From Anthoceros angustus (taxonomy: Eukaryota; Plantae; Anthocerotophyta), in assembly GCA_010909165.1 (NCBI GenBank), contig VJWM01000135.1, positions 310,001 to 374,000 of the forward strand: DNA of 64,000 bases. The letters are read 5' to 3'. The position numbers were made by a program, and so were the translations under genes. Under the pieces are notes generated by a model. That model was not told the origin of the DNA. It did not search any database and saw nothing but the letters and a program-made list of their open reading frames with translations. This document shows positions 25,899 to 39,130 of this stretch, piece after piece. The stretch's first letter is position 1, and each line of letters opens with the position of its first letter.

Positions 25899-26273
25899 TA
25901 TGAGCCGAGAAAGTAGGAACAGTCCACCCTGGACATGGGGTTCATATCCTGGTTCCTTGGATCGTCCATTTTCAAGTCTTCGGTTGCCCGAACTGCACTC
26001 TTGTTAATGTAAACTTTGTTAGTATAGCATTCACCTGGTCCTTTTGGCCAGCTGCACGATGTACCTTCCAACAATTGGGTGGCATGTTCCTCATGCCAGA
26101 GAACCTAGACTGCGAATAAAGGAGAGCAGGACCCACCGGTTGTGTGGGCTGCCAACCCGCTGAAGGTGCGGAGTTCACCTGCACAAATCTTCCAACTTCT
26201 CTAGTGCATGACTAGTTTTGTGTGTGCTTGATAGTAGTTCTTGGGGCCCGTGTATCACCCTCCCGGAGAAGAC

Positions 26274-28203
<1,930 letters not shown>

Positions 28204-28386
28204 GTTCGGAGAGACAATTTCCAGTTTTATCAACTCAGTTTTGTTGTTGGTTACGAGGGCCATGAGAAGCTGCCCGTGAGACAAGCCATTTCAGCCAAAC
28301 GGCTGATCACATTGTCACCAGAACCTGGAATGGAATTTTGTCTTCTGGAAGATGGGCAGGTCTGCCGAACTTTGGGGAGACCAGCC

Positions 28387-29749
28387 TTAGACTTTATGAA
28401 CAGCTTTGGCATGAAGCTTGATATGATCCTCCACAAAAGTGGCAATGAAAAAGTAGGAGTGGTCATAACCTTCTTGCAAACGCAGGGTGGAAGGGATCCC
28501 CTTCCGGCCGCACGCCTCAAGGAAGTGCTCAGGAAGCAACTGACCATCACGATAAAACTTGTCCTGATCCCCCTGCCAATTGCTCTCATTTGTCAGAAGC
28601 AGCACAAGGCGGAAATGGCTCGTATTCATCTATAATGTGACACTCACCTGGTCAATCAAAATAGGCGTGTCATCTGGAATCCGCCCTTCAAAACGGTATG
28701 CAAGATGAGTTGCGTCCCACTCCTACATCTCCCAATACGTTAGTTTCCTTCTCCGGTTCTCTTGGCAGGCGTCCCAACACACCGCAGCCAGTCACCACTC
28801 ACCTTCCAGATTTCCTTGAAGCTGCCCAAGTACCCTAGAAATGCTTTCTGACCCCATGGAGTTTCCACGGGGTTGCAAATAGGAGCAAACGCGGACACAG
28901 ACTGCATCCAGAAAGCGCCATGGCATCAAACCAAGTGGTTTCTATTTGTGAGACCTAACAAACAGAACAAAGGTAGTGGCACCTACCTTGTACTTCCCCG
29001 GATTCTTGAGGAAAATGACAAGAGCTCCATGGCCACCCATGGAATGCCCAAACACTGACGCTTTGCTGGTATCAAGCTGTGCACCGAAGTGCTCTTGCAG
29101 CAGCTGGGGCAGCTCCACCGTGACATACTCATACATACGCCAATTATGCCACTTCTCCTGTGTTGCATTCACATACCATCCAGCCCCTGTAACCACAAAC
29201 CTTCAGCAAGCCTGCTTCCTGCCATGGCCTGTGAATACATCAGCCAGACCAGAAACCCGTCTCACCTTCACCAAAATCCCAGCTATCAGTGGCTCCTTCC
29301 ACATTCAACCCACCTGCACAGAGCAAACCGTTATCACCACCTCTCCCTGCAGCCTCCTTCACCCCACCAATCCTACACCAGCTTCCGGAGCAGAACGGAC
29401 TCACGAGGTGATGTGTCAGGGCAAACAAGGGCCACGTTCTCGGCTGCAGCGGTCCGCTGGCCCCCAGATTTCACAATGAAGTTCTCGTCTGTGCATGTCA
29501 GCCCGGACAGCCAGTACAGAACCTGCGCGGAGGCCAGGAGGACGCTGGCGTGAGAGCCATTTCGCACATCCGCGTGCAGCATCAGATGCGCATATGCACA
29601 GCACTTACAGGAACTTTCTGGGTAGCTGCAGCCGGAGGAAAGAAGACGTAGAACGTCATGGAACAGCCAAGCACGGAACTGTCGTGCCGGTATCGCCGAT
29701 TGTAGCCTCCGAACATCCTGTGGGTCTCGATCTCCTTGGGAGCTGCCAT
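28387..29749 (-). CDS. SFGH: S-formylglutathione hydrolase (esterase D), 7 exons
   Basis: [15 protein letters not shown]..., [39 protein letters not shown] nucleophile, [27 protein letters not shown]; exon 1 is 141 nt and in frame. Confidence 0.95.
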
Positions 29750-30099
29750 TGCTGCTGCCAGAACTAGGTCAGGTGGCTCCCGGGACTCGAGCTTGCAACA
29801 ATGTATCAGCCGCGCCCCTGGGACAGTCTTGACAACTCCTCGTCACAGGACAGCACAGGACCAGGACCAGGACCAGGACCAGTGGGAGGCTAACATTTAT
29901 GAATCCAATTTGTGTTTTGTGTAGGACATTATTGTTTAAACGATGTACATAGAACGTACTCCCATAACTGAAAAACTACCTACAACATAACTCCCACGCT
30001 CAAGGGCGAGGCTAGGAAGAGTCAAAGCAACTTACATCTCAATAGATGCTGGGGTATGAGTTGCAGCATCTAGAGATATAGGTACCTACTGGTAATTGT

Positions 30100-30290
30100 G
30101 TTACTGAATGAAGAAAGAAAGATGATATAGATACACTCATCTAATTATGTTTCTGAATGAAGGAAGAAAGATGGCATAGATACGCATACCTCATTATGTT
30201 TCTGAATGAAGGAAGAAAGATGGCATAGATACACACACCTAATTAGGTTTCTGAATGAAGGAAGGAAGATGGCATAGATACGCACGCTTG
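30100..30290. repeat. 49-bp minisatellite, 4 copies
   Basis: ctgaatgaagg.agaaagatggcatagatac at 30104, 30153, 30202, 30251. Confidence 0.9.
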
Positions 30291-31464
30291 TTGGTCCTCC
30301 CTCAGTCCTGCATGGCCTGGTATGAAAATAGTATCACTCATATCTTTCCAATCTCCTTGGGCATATGTTAAGCTAACATATAGCTATGCTGGCAGGCAAC
30401 CATATCTCGGGTTAAGACATACACAGGCAGCATTCATAGAGATGTATTGGTCAATTACGTATGCTCAGCCTTCAGCAAGCATCAACGTATTCTGAGTGCG
30501 CTCATCAAGCCACGGCAAATTTGAGAAAGAGATGTCAGCACACAGCAACCTCTTAGCATGACATGCCGCAAGTACTAGAGAGACCCTCGACTACTGAAAC
30601 TAGACGTGGTTAGTAGGCATTGCCAAAAGACTCAAATGGACAGGAGGTATCAGCAAAACCAAAAGGAGCATAGTCCTTATCATATTCATTCCAGCCTACT
30701 CTTTCATACTTGGAGGAGCACAATGTTCACAATACAATTTCAAGGCGGCCAAGTTGAATGCAACTCTTTCATACAAAGAGGAACAGCCTTGGGCAAAGTC
30801 CTCAGCGTCATAGCACACGGCCAAGATGAAAGCATATAGGTTTACCTCTTAGTAAGCTACACGATGAAATTCCTCCGGTGGACATTTATTAGTTTGTTGG
30901 CATCAAGAAGTAACTTGCCTATCAATGAATGGTGGAGCATTGAGGATAGCTTATACATTTAGATATGAATCCAAATATCTCCTACACTAGAGAGTAAATG
31001 GTTTTTAAATATATTATTTCAATGTACGTTATGGATGGAAGGATACATAAGGTGGAGATGGACATCTCCTAAAATTGTATGTTTGTAAGGATAGTCTATA
31101 AAAGCTTACAGATCTTTAAACCCAATTCCTCCCCAAAAACATCTTAAGCATCTCATCTCGACTACTTACTCTTAGATCAGAACTTGGATGAGTGTTTTCT
31201 TCAGTGTAGAGTACATGTTAACATAATCCATATATATTACCAAACTTCTCAGTATAAAGCACACGTTCTTACACGTGTGTATGTGGCCAAACTTTAGTAT
31301 ATAGTACATGCTAACTTAATTCGTATATTCGGCCATTATATTGCAAGAGACCATTTTGGGAGATATGCCACCTCTCACATATTGTATGAGATGTCTTCAA
31401 AGTTAGTAGGGTAATCTGACCCTCCTCGGTGATAAATCCCTCTCCTATCCGCACCTAGCTCTTT

Positions 31465-32365
31465 TGCCAATTTACTGAGACCACTTTTCTTATGCGTCAT
31501 ATATTTGGTATCATAAATATTATTTTTGTCAATTTACTAAGACTACCCTTCTTTGGTATCATAAATATATTTTTTCCAATTTACTTAGACCACCCTTCTT
31601 ATGCGTCATATGTTTGGTGTGATAAATATTAAAAAATAATAAGTTAATTTAAAAAAATTTGTTACTTGTTCTCGGCTAGTTCCTGACCTATGACCATTTT
31701 TTGCATGTGGACAAAATCACAGGTGGGTAGAATGCAATCAACTGAAAAGCATGATTATGAAGTATATTAGCACCTATTAATAATTGTCAAAAATATTGTG
31801 CATTTCCCGATGTCAGTCAAAATCCATGTCACTATTGCGTAAAAGATTTATGCTATCCTTTGCATACATATCATGGTTCAGAGCTTGAATTGGAAGTTGA
31901 ATTGCCATACCCAACTTTGGCCTGTTTCTTTGCAAAAAAAACAACTTGCTGCTTTTATCTACAAATGTAAGCACTAGTTGGATTAATTTTTAATCTATCC
32001 ACATTAACTTTGACCCATTGGTATTCATAGTCTTGGATATAGCAATCTACTTCTTGCACTGGCTCTATTGCACTGGTTCATTGACACTGTTGATTGATTA
32101 AAGATTTTTTATCTTGTTTAAATTTTACCTTTCCATTAGTCCAGATTATTTTACCACAATCTATGTAGTTATCATATTTCAGCCCCTTGACGGAAATCCA
32201 TCCTTAGTGGACTTAAATAAAATTCTTCATCTTCTTCTTCTATACCATACCATGGAATTGTTTGCAAACGTAAGCCCTAGTTGCATGAATTTTAGTCTAT
32301 ACACATTAACTTTGATCCTTTGGTATTCTTAGTCTTGGATATAGCAATCTACTTCTTGCACCAGC
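31465..32365. repeat. Local AT-rich repeats: three degenerate copies at ~31465-31630 and a ~60-bp pair at ~32001 and ~32303
   Basis: acattaactttga...ggtattc.tagtcttggatatagcaatctacttcttgcac occurs twice; tttggt.t.ataaatat occurs three times. Confidence 0.65.
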
Positions 32366-33070
32366 ACTATACCACGAATCTCCTAGCTAAGCCCTAGAAG
32401 TTGAGGCCCGCAGCAAATTCGAGGATAATGAATACTATAGTTTCTACAACCTTTTCATACTAGCAAGTGATTTTTAATTAAAAAGCTACATCCAATCTAG
32501 TAATCTTTCCCTATGAATCTTTTATGAAGGCTACTATAGCACACATTCACCAGGTGGCAAGGATGCCTGATGATCAAGTAAGTTTACATCCAGTGACGTG
32601 TAAACCTAGAATGTTGGGAAACTAAGAAGGCATGGTATATGCTACAGCAAATAGAAACCAGAACTACGTATTGGCCTATGTTGACGTCCCTAAGTTAGGG
32701 AACGCTTGACCTCACTTGGGCGTTGCGTGAGTGAGACCACATCTTATGAATTGAATTGAATTGAATTGAATTATGCTAGCATGTACATTAAATACTTTTA
32801 TTCACCATAATGAATAATTTTTATATTTTGGGGTGATCAGGAATGAACAATATTTAAAAATAATTAAATATTATTAATGTAGAATATATTTATTTTATTC
32901 TAGATGCTGTACTTTACATGACATAAAACTTATGGTATTGCATGTGGGAATAATATCTTCAAAGATTATATATAGCAATTTAATACAACGGTTCTTTTAA
33001 ATTTTAATCCTATGTAATATTTAATAATTAGATTTGTTATAATAACACTTTAGGAAAAAAAAAGAATTGC

Positions 33071-33520
33071 ATGCAAAGCATTCATAAGAGAATAAACTAT
33101 ATGATCTTTCCATTTCTTATATTTTACAGTTTTCTAATGACGGAAGCTGTCATGCTGCTTCCAAATACTACGCGAATACATGTTCATTGTAGTATAGAAA
33201 AAAGCTTTAATGAAGAAGTGATCGCTCTTTTTGTGGACAATCTTATAAATAGAGGCATTTTAAGTTCTCATGATTTGAGATTACCTTTTACACAAGAGAT
33301 AGCTGATGATAATGGGGTACCACGGTTTTGGGGATTGCTAAATTGTTATTCTAAACCGCAAAGTATGCAAACAAGGTGGCAATGTGTGATATGTTTAAGG
33401 ACTATTCGGTACGAGCTACTTTATAAAGATTGTCCTAGGGCAGATTCTGGCAACTATTTGGCTGCGGATTGTCATCTGCAATACTCCTTTTCTCAGCCTC
33501 TGGAATGTTGGGTCCCTTAA
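33071..33520 (+). CDS. Secreted Gnk2/DUF26-like cysteine protein, single exon
   Basis: Signal peptide IFPFLIFYSFLMTEA; early Cys; WGLLNC-x12-C-x2-C; then C-x12-C followed by LQY, as at the end of Gnk2 domains. Confidence 0.6.
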   Translation: MQSIHKRINYMIFPFLIFYSFLMTEAVMLLPNTTRIHVHCSIEKSFNEEVIALFVDNLINRGILSSHDLRLPFTQEIADDNGVPRFWGLLNCYSKPQSMQTRWQCVICLRTIRYELLYKDCPRADSGNYLAADCHLQYSFSQPLECWVP

Positions 33521-33881
33521 TTGACCATTACATTTATAAGAATTTTTGCAGCTCTATGGATGAAAATATGTTTGTGTTATCTAGAAAAACATATCTACAT
33601 GCTTATTCGATGCATCAGCTTACATTTTCACGTGCACTTTTAGTAAATTATCTATGTATGTAAATATATTACTTTGTGTGTATAACTACGTAAGTGGAAA
33701 CCAAAGTTTATTTTTCTTATATATGCATGTATGTCGTCCTATCTAAATTATTTAAAATGCAAGCTGAATATTTATCCATTTATTATTAAAAATATTCTTC
33801 AATTATTATTTTTTGATTAATTAACATATCTTGTTTTTGACCATTATATCTTTCATTCTAAAGAATTTATACAATAAAACA

Positions 33882-34319
33882 TCATGCACCGGGTCCAGAT
33901 TTTCCCTTTACTTGCCAAAGGCAAACCTGACACTGATAAGGACATCTACACATAAGCTTCCACCAAAATAACCAGTGTGTGGCATAGCATTTAGGAAAAA
34001 GTGCATCTTGTGGAAGCATACATATCCCAACCCTCCCTCCGTAAACACACTGACAAACAGAAACCACTTTACAAACTCCAGGTTCATCTTGGATTGGATG
34101 TGGCATTTCTTTGCATGGACAAAGAGCTGAATCTAACGGTGATGATTGTGAAACTTGAGCTTGAGACAACTCTATTTTTACTGTCTCGCCTAGAAAGGGA
34201 GGAGAACCATAATGTGCCCGACCTTGAGCATATGTGAAGAAACATGACCAACAAAATATTAATAAAATCAATCTTTGGGTACGGAAACTACATCCATATG
34301 GCAGTAACACATCTTCCAT
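33882..34319 (-). CDS. Secreted cysteine-rich peptide, family not recognised (145 aa)
   Basis: Hydrophobic LILLIFCWSCFFTYAQG, a Cys-free spacer, then 11 Cys including three CxC motifs; open frame in AT-rich DNA. Confidence 0.55.
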   Translation of the reverse strand: MEDVLLPYGCSFRTQRLILLIFCWSCFFTYAQGRAHYGSPPFLGETVKIELSQAQVSQSSPLDSALCPCKEMPHPIQDEPGVCKVVSVCQCVYGGRVGICMLPQDALFPKCYATHWLFWWKLMCRCPYQCQVCLWQVKGKSGPGA

Positions 34320-36604
34320 GGCAAGTTCTTCAATACTATTTGAAGAATCATAAATCATGACCTAGACACAAAGTTGAAAGGCTCTTTATCTTTCTATGCA
34401 TTTATTTTGATATATAGAATCATACCTTTATAGAGATAATATCCTTCTATGATGTAGTTGGCTTTGTTAAAATATAGCGACACTTTATGGATCCCATTTT
34501 GTACACACATTGATCATTAAAAAGTGAGGATACATCTATTAGTGCTCGAAAATACTAGCTCTCTTCCTTTCCAAAAGTTGGTATTTTTTTGCCTCTAAAA
34601 TTTCATGGTTCAACATTATGTGTCTTCATCTTCATCCTATAAAAAGTCCTTGTAAAGTGAACAGCACATTAAAAATTGATAATAATAATATATTAATAAA
34701 TAAAATAATCTGTTTTAATGCATACAAGAATCTCTAAGCTAAAATTCTCGAGTGAAAGTATGGAATCCTAGATTTGAGTGAAAGTATGGAATATCGATCG
34801 GAACACGGGAAAAGTTCCTCGCGTTTTTTAACCTAGAATGGTCATATGAGTCTTGGGCAGAGACTTTTGCGATGGTACTTTGTCAATTCATAATCAAATG
34901 ACATGTTGAAAGTTGTGGGATGCCAATGCAAAGGTTTGCCATGTGAGATTGGTATGTGAAGGGTTCTCAATTGCTCTGAAACACCTCAAGAGTCACCTCA
35001 AGAATCCGACCTCAAGAACCACCGGGGCTGAAGTGATAGAAGCGGCGCTCTCGTCTCAACTCAACATGACACTCGCTGGGTTGAACCCCGCCTCTTAGTG
35101 ACCATTCGTGTTTCGAAGGGCCTCCCATCTCAATGGCCAATAGTGGAGGCCACTATCCTAGCATGAAGCAGATGAAAGCCAGCCTCCCGATTTCCAATCG
35201 CACGCCGTTCGGCCGGTCTCCCAATTGCCTAACGTCGCAAATAATTGTCTAAAGTGATGATTTTAATAAAATTCTTCTTCTTCGTCTTCTAACCTCGCAA
35301 GCCGTCCGGCCGTGCGTTTCAAGGTCACCGGCTGGAACCCTAAACCCGGGAAAATCTATCAACTACAGTAGCTTGATCGCCTGGGGTCGGGAAGTCTTCG
35401 AGGGTTTACTTTTACACTTTATTTTGCACATATAATTACACTCCGGTCTAAGCTGTTAGAGTGTAATTATTAATTATCAATAAAATCTCACTTATTTAAT
35501 TAATTATTTTCGTATTAAAATAAAACTGATAATAATGTATAACTAAATCATTGATAAAAGATGTAGTTAGGACGTAAACATGTAGTAATCAGTGCCATAG
35601 GGTGTCATGACACTCTACCCTTTGTCTTACGATTACAGTTACACTGTAAATTTCATGTCATGGCAGCCTATGACAGTGTAAACCTTGAGGCCGACGCGGG
35701 GGAGCAATGGTAGCAGTCCTCCTTGCAAAGCTGCAGTCTGCATGGCTGCTTTCAAAGGGACCCATAGACCGGCTATCCATTTATCCACAATATCTTCCAG
35801 CCTGTAAAAATTCACTGCAGGCATTCAATAGGGTTGATGTAACATCATGCCAGGCGACGTCTCCACAAAAAAAAGCAGAAGCACGTGAGAGAAGCTATGT
35901 AGTTCACCCTTCAACTTCATCAGCCTCACAACTTTTGTAGAAACAATGGCCCTCCCATGAACTTGATGTAATTCGAGTCCCCAAGTTCTGCAGAAACAGT
36001 AGTTAGGGAGAGACATGGCAACTGTTTGGCATGTGTCCCGAAATTTCTATTGTGAGTTTGGCATCTGTATAGCTTTGGAATGGTAACGCAGACCGGGATA
36101 AAAGTGAATCCTTACCACAGAAGAATATTGAAGTTCCTCAGATAGTTAGGGTCTGCCGCCTTCCTTACGTTTGGATAAAATCTGTCACAGAAAAATCTCC
36201 ATCTCCAGTGCTAAAAACTACAAGGACAACGACCTGAATAGTTGGAGAGCTAGCCAGTTTTGCCTAGGACTAAATATGAAGGGAAGACTGTTAAGGCCCT
36301 TGCACCATACAAATTGCTTGAATTCTGACCATGATCTTAACAAGAGCACAAAAGACTTGGAGCTCACAGCAAAAGAATTGGAATTTAGCTCAAAAACACG
36401 AGACTTGATCCCTCTACCAGGAGCCTCAGCAGCAATCCCTTTGACAATCTCCAGAGCGTTGCCATATAGGAACCATATAGGACCAACAAATCCGACTGCC
36501 CTGTCACACCTGCAAATAACTTTGGACCATGCCTCTGCTGCGCGAAGGGGGCTCATGGCTGTGGCAGAGAGATCTAGTAGCTTGGCTTCAGATCTGCATG
36601 ACGG

Positions 36605-37010
36605 GAATCTAAAGAGCATCCAGCTCTTTAGATTCTTTGTAGTCTTTGCTCGAAACAGGTCCGCCATACCTGTTCGGGGTGACATTGGTCTCAGGAGTTT
36701 TAGTCCCTAAAGTAGTTGCATCGTCGCAATCAAAGTCATCTTCTTCATGAGGGAGTATGTGCCTCGTAGACCGTTGCAGCTTGGTGGGCGGAACAGTAAC
36801 CTTCAGATTTATTCCCTCGTCATGCTTGGACTGAGGTAGCGAAGACTCATCATTGGCAAGACTCGTCTTTGCTGCCGCAAGACTTAACTGCAGTGAGGTC
36901 ATCTGTTGCTGCCACACCTCCTCCGTGGATGACATTTTGGTCTCATACTCTCCATCGGGCTTCATATTGGTGCTACCTTGGCTCTAAAGAGCATCCAGCT
37001 CTTTAGAGCC
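36605..37010. repeat. Two 31-nt perfect hairpins (36605-36635, 36980-37010) with an identical 25-nt core
   Basis: gaatctaaagagc-atcca-gctctttagattc and ggctctaaagagc-atcca-gctctttagagcc. Confidence 0.9.
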
Positions 37011-37041
37011 GAATGATGCCTCTTGCGTGTTCTCTTGGTAG

Positions 37042-37538
37042 GCATTCATTCCGACAACTGGTGGTGATACAAGCAGCCACATCTCACTGTCTTGGGCAAA
37101 ACTTTGCCAAGATGTTTGATATCGTCTATGAGGATGAGAAGGGTGAGAGCAAGGAGGTGTGGCAATGGGCAGACGGGGAGGACGGTCAAGGAGAAGACGT
37201 AGAGGGTAAAGAAAGCTCCCAAGGAGAAGGCTCCTGCAGTGGCTCAAGGCAAGAAGGATGTGAAGAAGGACAATGGCCTTGGATTGTCCGCGAAGAAAGA
37301 GGAGAACTTTGGGAAGTGGTACTCCGAGGTAAGTAGCTGGGAGGATGTGAGGGTTTAGGCAGGCCTGCTTTAGGAGGGAACCGATTTGGCTGGCATCGGA
37401 AGCATAACTGCGTCTGATGTGTGTGTGTGTGGGTGTGTGCAGCTGGTGGTGAAGGGTGAGATGATTGAGTACTACCAAGACGTCTCTGGCTGCTACATGC
37501 TTCACCCTTGGTCGTGCGAGATATGGGAGTCCATTAAG
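37042..37538 (+). pseudogene. Rearranged prolyl-tRNA synthetase gene fragments with one intron retained
   Basis: 37042-37165 = AFIPTTG/IQAATSHCLGQNFAKMFDIVYEDEKGE..VWQ (late catalytic region); ~37209-37328 and 37443-37538 = KKDNGLGLSAKKEENFGKWYSE / VVKGEMIEYYQDVSGCYMLHPWS.EIWESIK (N-terminal region). Confidence 0.85.
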
Positions 37539-37655
37539 GTCTGTTGGGATCGTACGCTTTTTTATGGCTCCCCTGCCTCTGCTGCCACTGCAGCAGCCTC
37601 AGCGGGCTGCACCACTGTCTGCGTCTGCTCCATTGCAGGGACTGCCCCCTCCATC

Positions 37656-37808
37656 ATTCCGCTCGGCAGCCTCTCTAGCGAGCCCGATTCCACTGGACAG
37701 CCTCTCCAGCGGAGCCCAATTCCGCTCGGCAGCCTCTCCAGCGAGCCCAATTCCGCTCGACAACCTCCCCAGCGAGCCCAATTCCAATCGACAGCCTCTC
37801 CAAGCTCG
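37656..37808. repeat. 31-bp tandem repeat, 5 copies
   Basis: attccgctcggcagcctctccagcgagccca at 37656, 37687, 37719, 37750, 37781. Confidence 0.88.
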
Positions 37809-38029
37809 CTGGATTCAACAGGCCTTCAGAGCAGTTAACCCATACATAAAACTTCCCCCTCTCGAAATTCATCACTTCGAGAAGTTCGGGGAGAGGGTTT
37901 GTTACAAGCTCAGTAACGAGAAAAAAAGCATTAGACAAGATGTGCTAGAGACGGACCCTTGCATAGGGAATACAACACTCTATTAAGAAAACCTCCCTAA
38001 TATGGTACTACAAACCTATACCATATAAG

Positions 38030-38430
38030 ACCCTACCTATTTAGTATATGATCTCTTATATACTCAAAATTGTATCTTGCTGTTGTATTTAGCTTTGCAT
38101 CTACCTATAATATCTCCCTCATTGTAAAATTTCTCCTTGTGAAATCGGGTTGCTGGCACCATGTAGGGGTGATAGCTATCCTCGTAGTGGGCGATTAGGA
38201 CGAACAAGCTTTGGCCATAGCTTTGTACTTTAGCCCCAGTTATGTGGTATATGATCCCTTATGTACTCAGCATTATATCACCATTACTGCTATATTTAGC
38301 TTTGCATCTTCCTATAATCTTTCTCTCGTAGTAAAATTTCTGCTTGTGAAATCGAGTCCTGGCACCTCGTGGGGTGATAGCTATGCACGAAGCAGCAGTG
38401 GGGATTTAGGACTATCAAGCTTAGGCACTA
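38030..38430. repeat. Two diverged ~200-bp direct repeats, probably TE remnants
   Basis: tatatgatc.ctt...tatttagctttgcatct.cctataat...gtaaaattt...gtgaaatcg...ggggtgatagctat at ~38045 and ~38248. Confidence 0.7.
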
Positions 38431-38668
38431 TCTTCAACTCATCAGTCACACCAAAGTGACTTCCACAAACAATCCCATCTCGTTCCAAAGTATTTGTTAA
38501 TGTTCGGGGAAAAAAAAAAAAACGTTTGAATCCCTTCCCGCCCCTCGCGAGGTGGGTGAAGATGATCATCATCGGTTCACCCCAGCGGGCCCTATCAGGA
38601 TCAGGCCCTGGGTCTCGTCGATCAGACCCCGTGGGCAGGTCTGGCCTGCTATGCTGTGTGTGTACCTA

Positions 38669-39130
38669 CTACTGGACGGTGTTGGAGGCCCAAATGGGGG
38701 CGCCGTCCGGCGTGTAAATGACGAAATTGCCATCCACCTGGACCTCCGCGTAGTAGTCGTCAAGGTTGGGCTGCGGGGAGTTGGATGCCCAGAGAGGAGC
38801 GCTGTCGTCGCCGTAAATCACCAGGTTGCCGTCTCGCTGCATGGCCAGGTAGCACGTATGGCTGCCGAGCTCGCTGGTTTGCGTGGACCAGTACACGTCC
38901 TCCCCTTTGGCCAGCACCAGGTTGCAGTCCGTCTGCCAGTACGCCCCGAACAGCGGCCCGCGGTCCCCTTTCCTCACATGGATGACTTGCCCCATGGGCA
39001 TCCACACGTCGCTCGCGTGCCATTTGTTCTGCAGCTGCGCCTCCGCCACCGGAACCGAGCTGCACGCGATGATGCAGGCCAGGGAGGCTAGCAGAAGAGC
39101 TGCTGCTGCTGTCCTGCCGTGCTTTGCCAT
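38669..39130 (-). CDS. Secreted GNA/bulb-type mannose-binding lectin, 153 aa
   Basis: Signal peptide; QxDxNxVxY sites QRDGNLVIY and QVDGNFVIY, plus a degenerate QTDCNLVLA. Confidence 0.92.
   Translation of the reverse strand: MAKHGRTAAAALLLASLACIIACSSVPVAEAQLQNKWHASDVWMPMGQVIHVRKGDRGPLFGAYWQTDCNLVLAKGEDVYWSTQTSELGSHTCYLAMQRDGNLVIYGDDSAPLWASNSPQPNLDDYYAEVQVDGNFVIYTPDGAPIWASNTVQ

Noticed and set aside
29609-29749. Suspected frameshift in SFGH exon 1
   Set aside because: Recount gives 141 nt reading ...[17 protein letters not shown] in frame; no lesion.
30100-30290. 49-bp periodic array resembling a CRISPR
   Set aside because: The variable parts are ~16 nt and clearly homologous to each other; no cas genes; eukaryotic context. 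It is a minisatellite.
35432-35470. 12-bp inverted repeat ataattacactc/gagtgtaattat
   Set aside because: Single AT-rich instance in TE-like DNA with no supporting context.
36171-36710. Kinase-like words DLHDGN (plus) and HADLKPS (minus)
   Set aside because: Isolated matches; the minus one hits a stop at once and no other kinase subdomains are present.
37656-37808. 31-bp array resembling a CRISPR
   Set aside because: Units are contiguous with no unique spacers.
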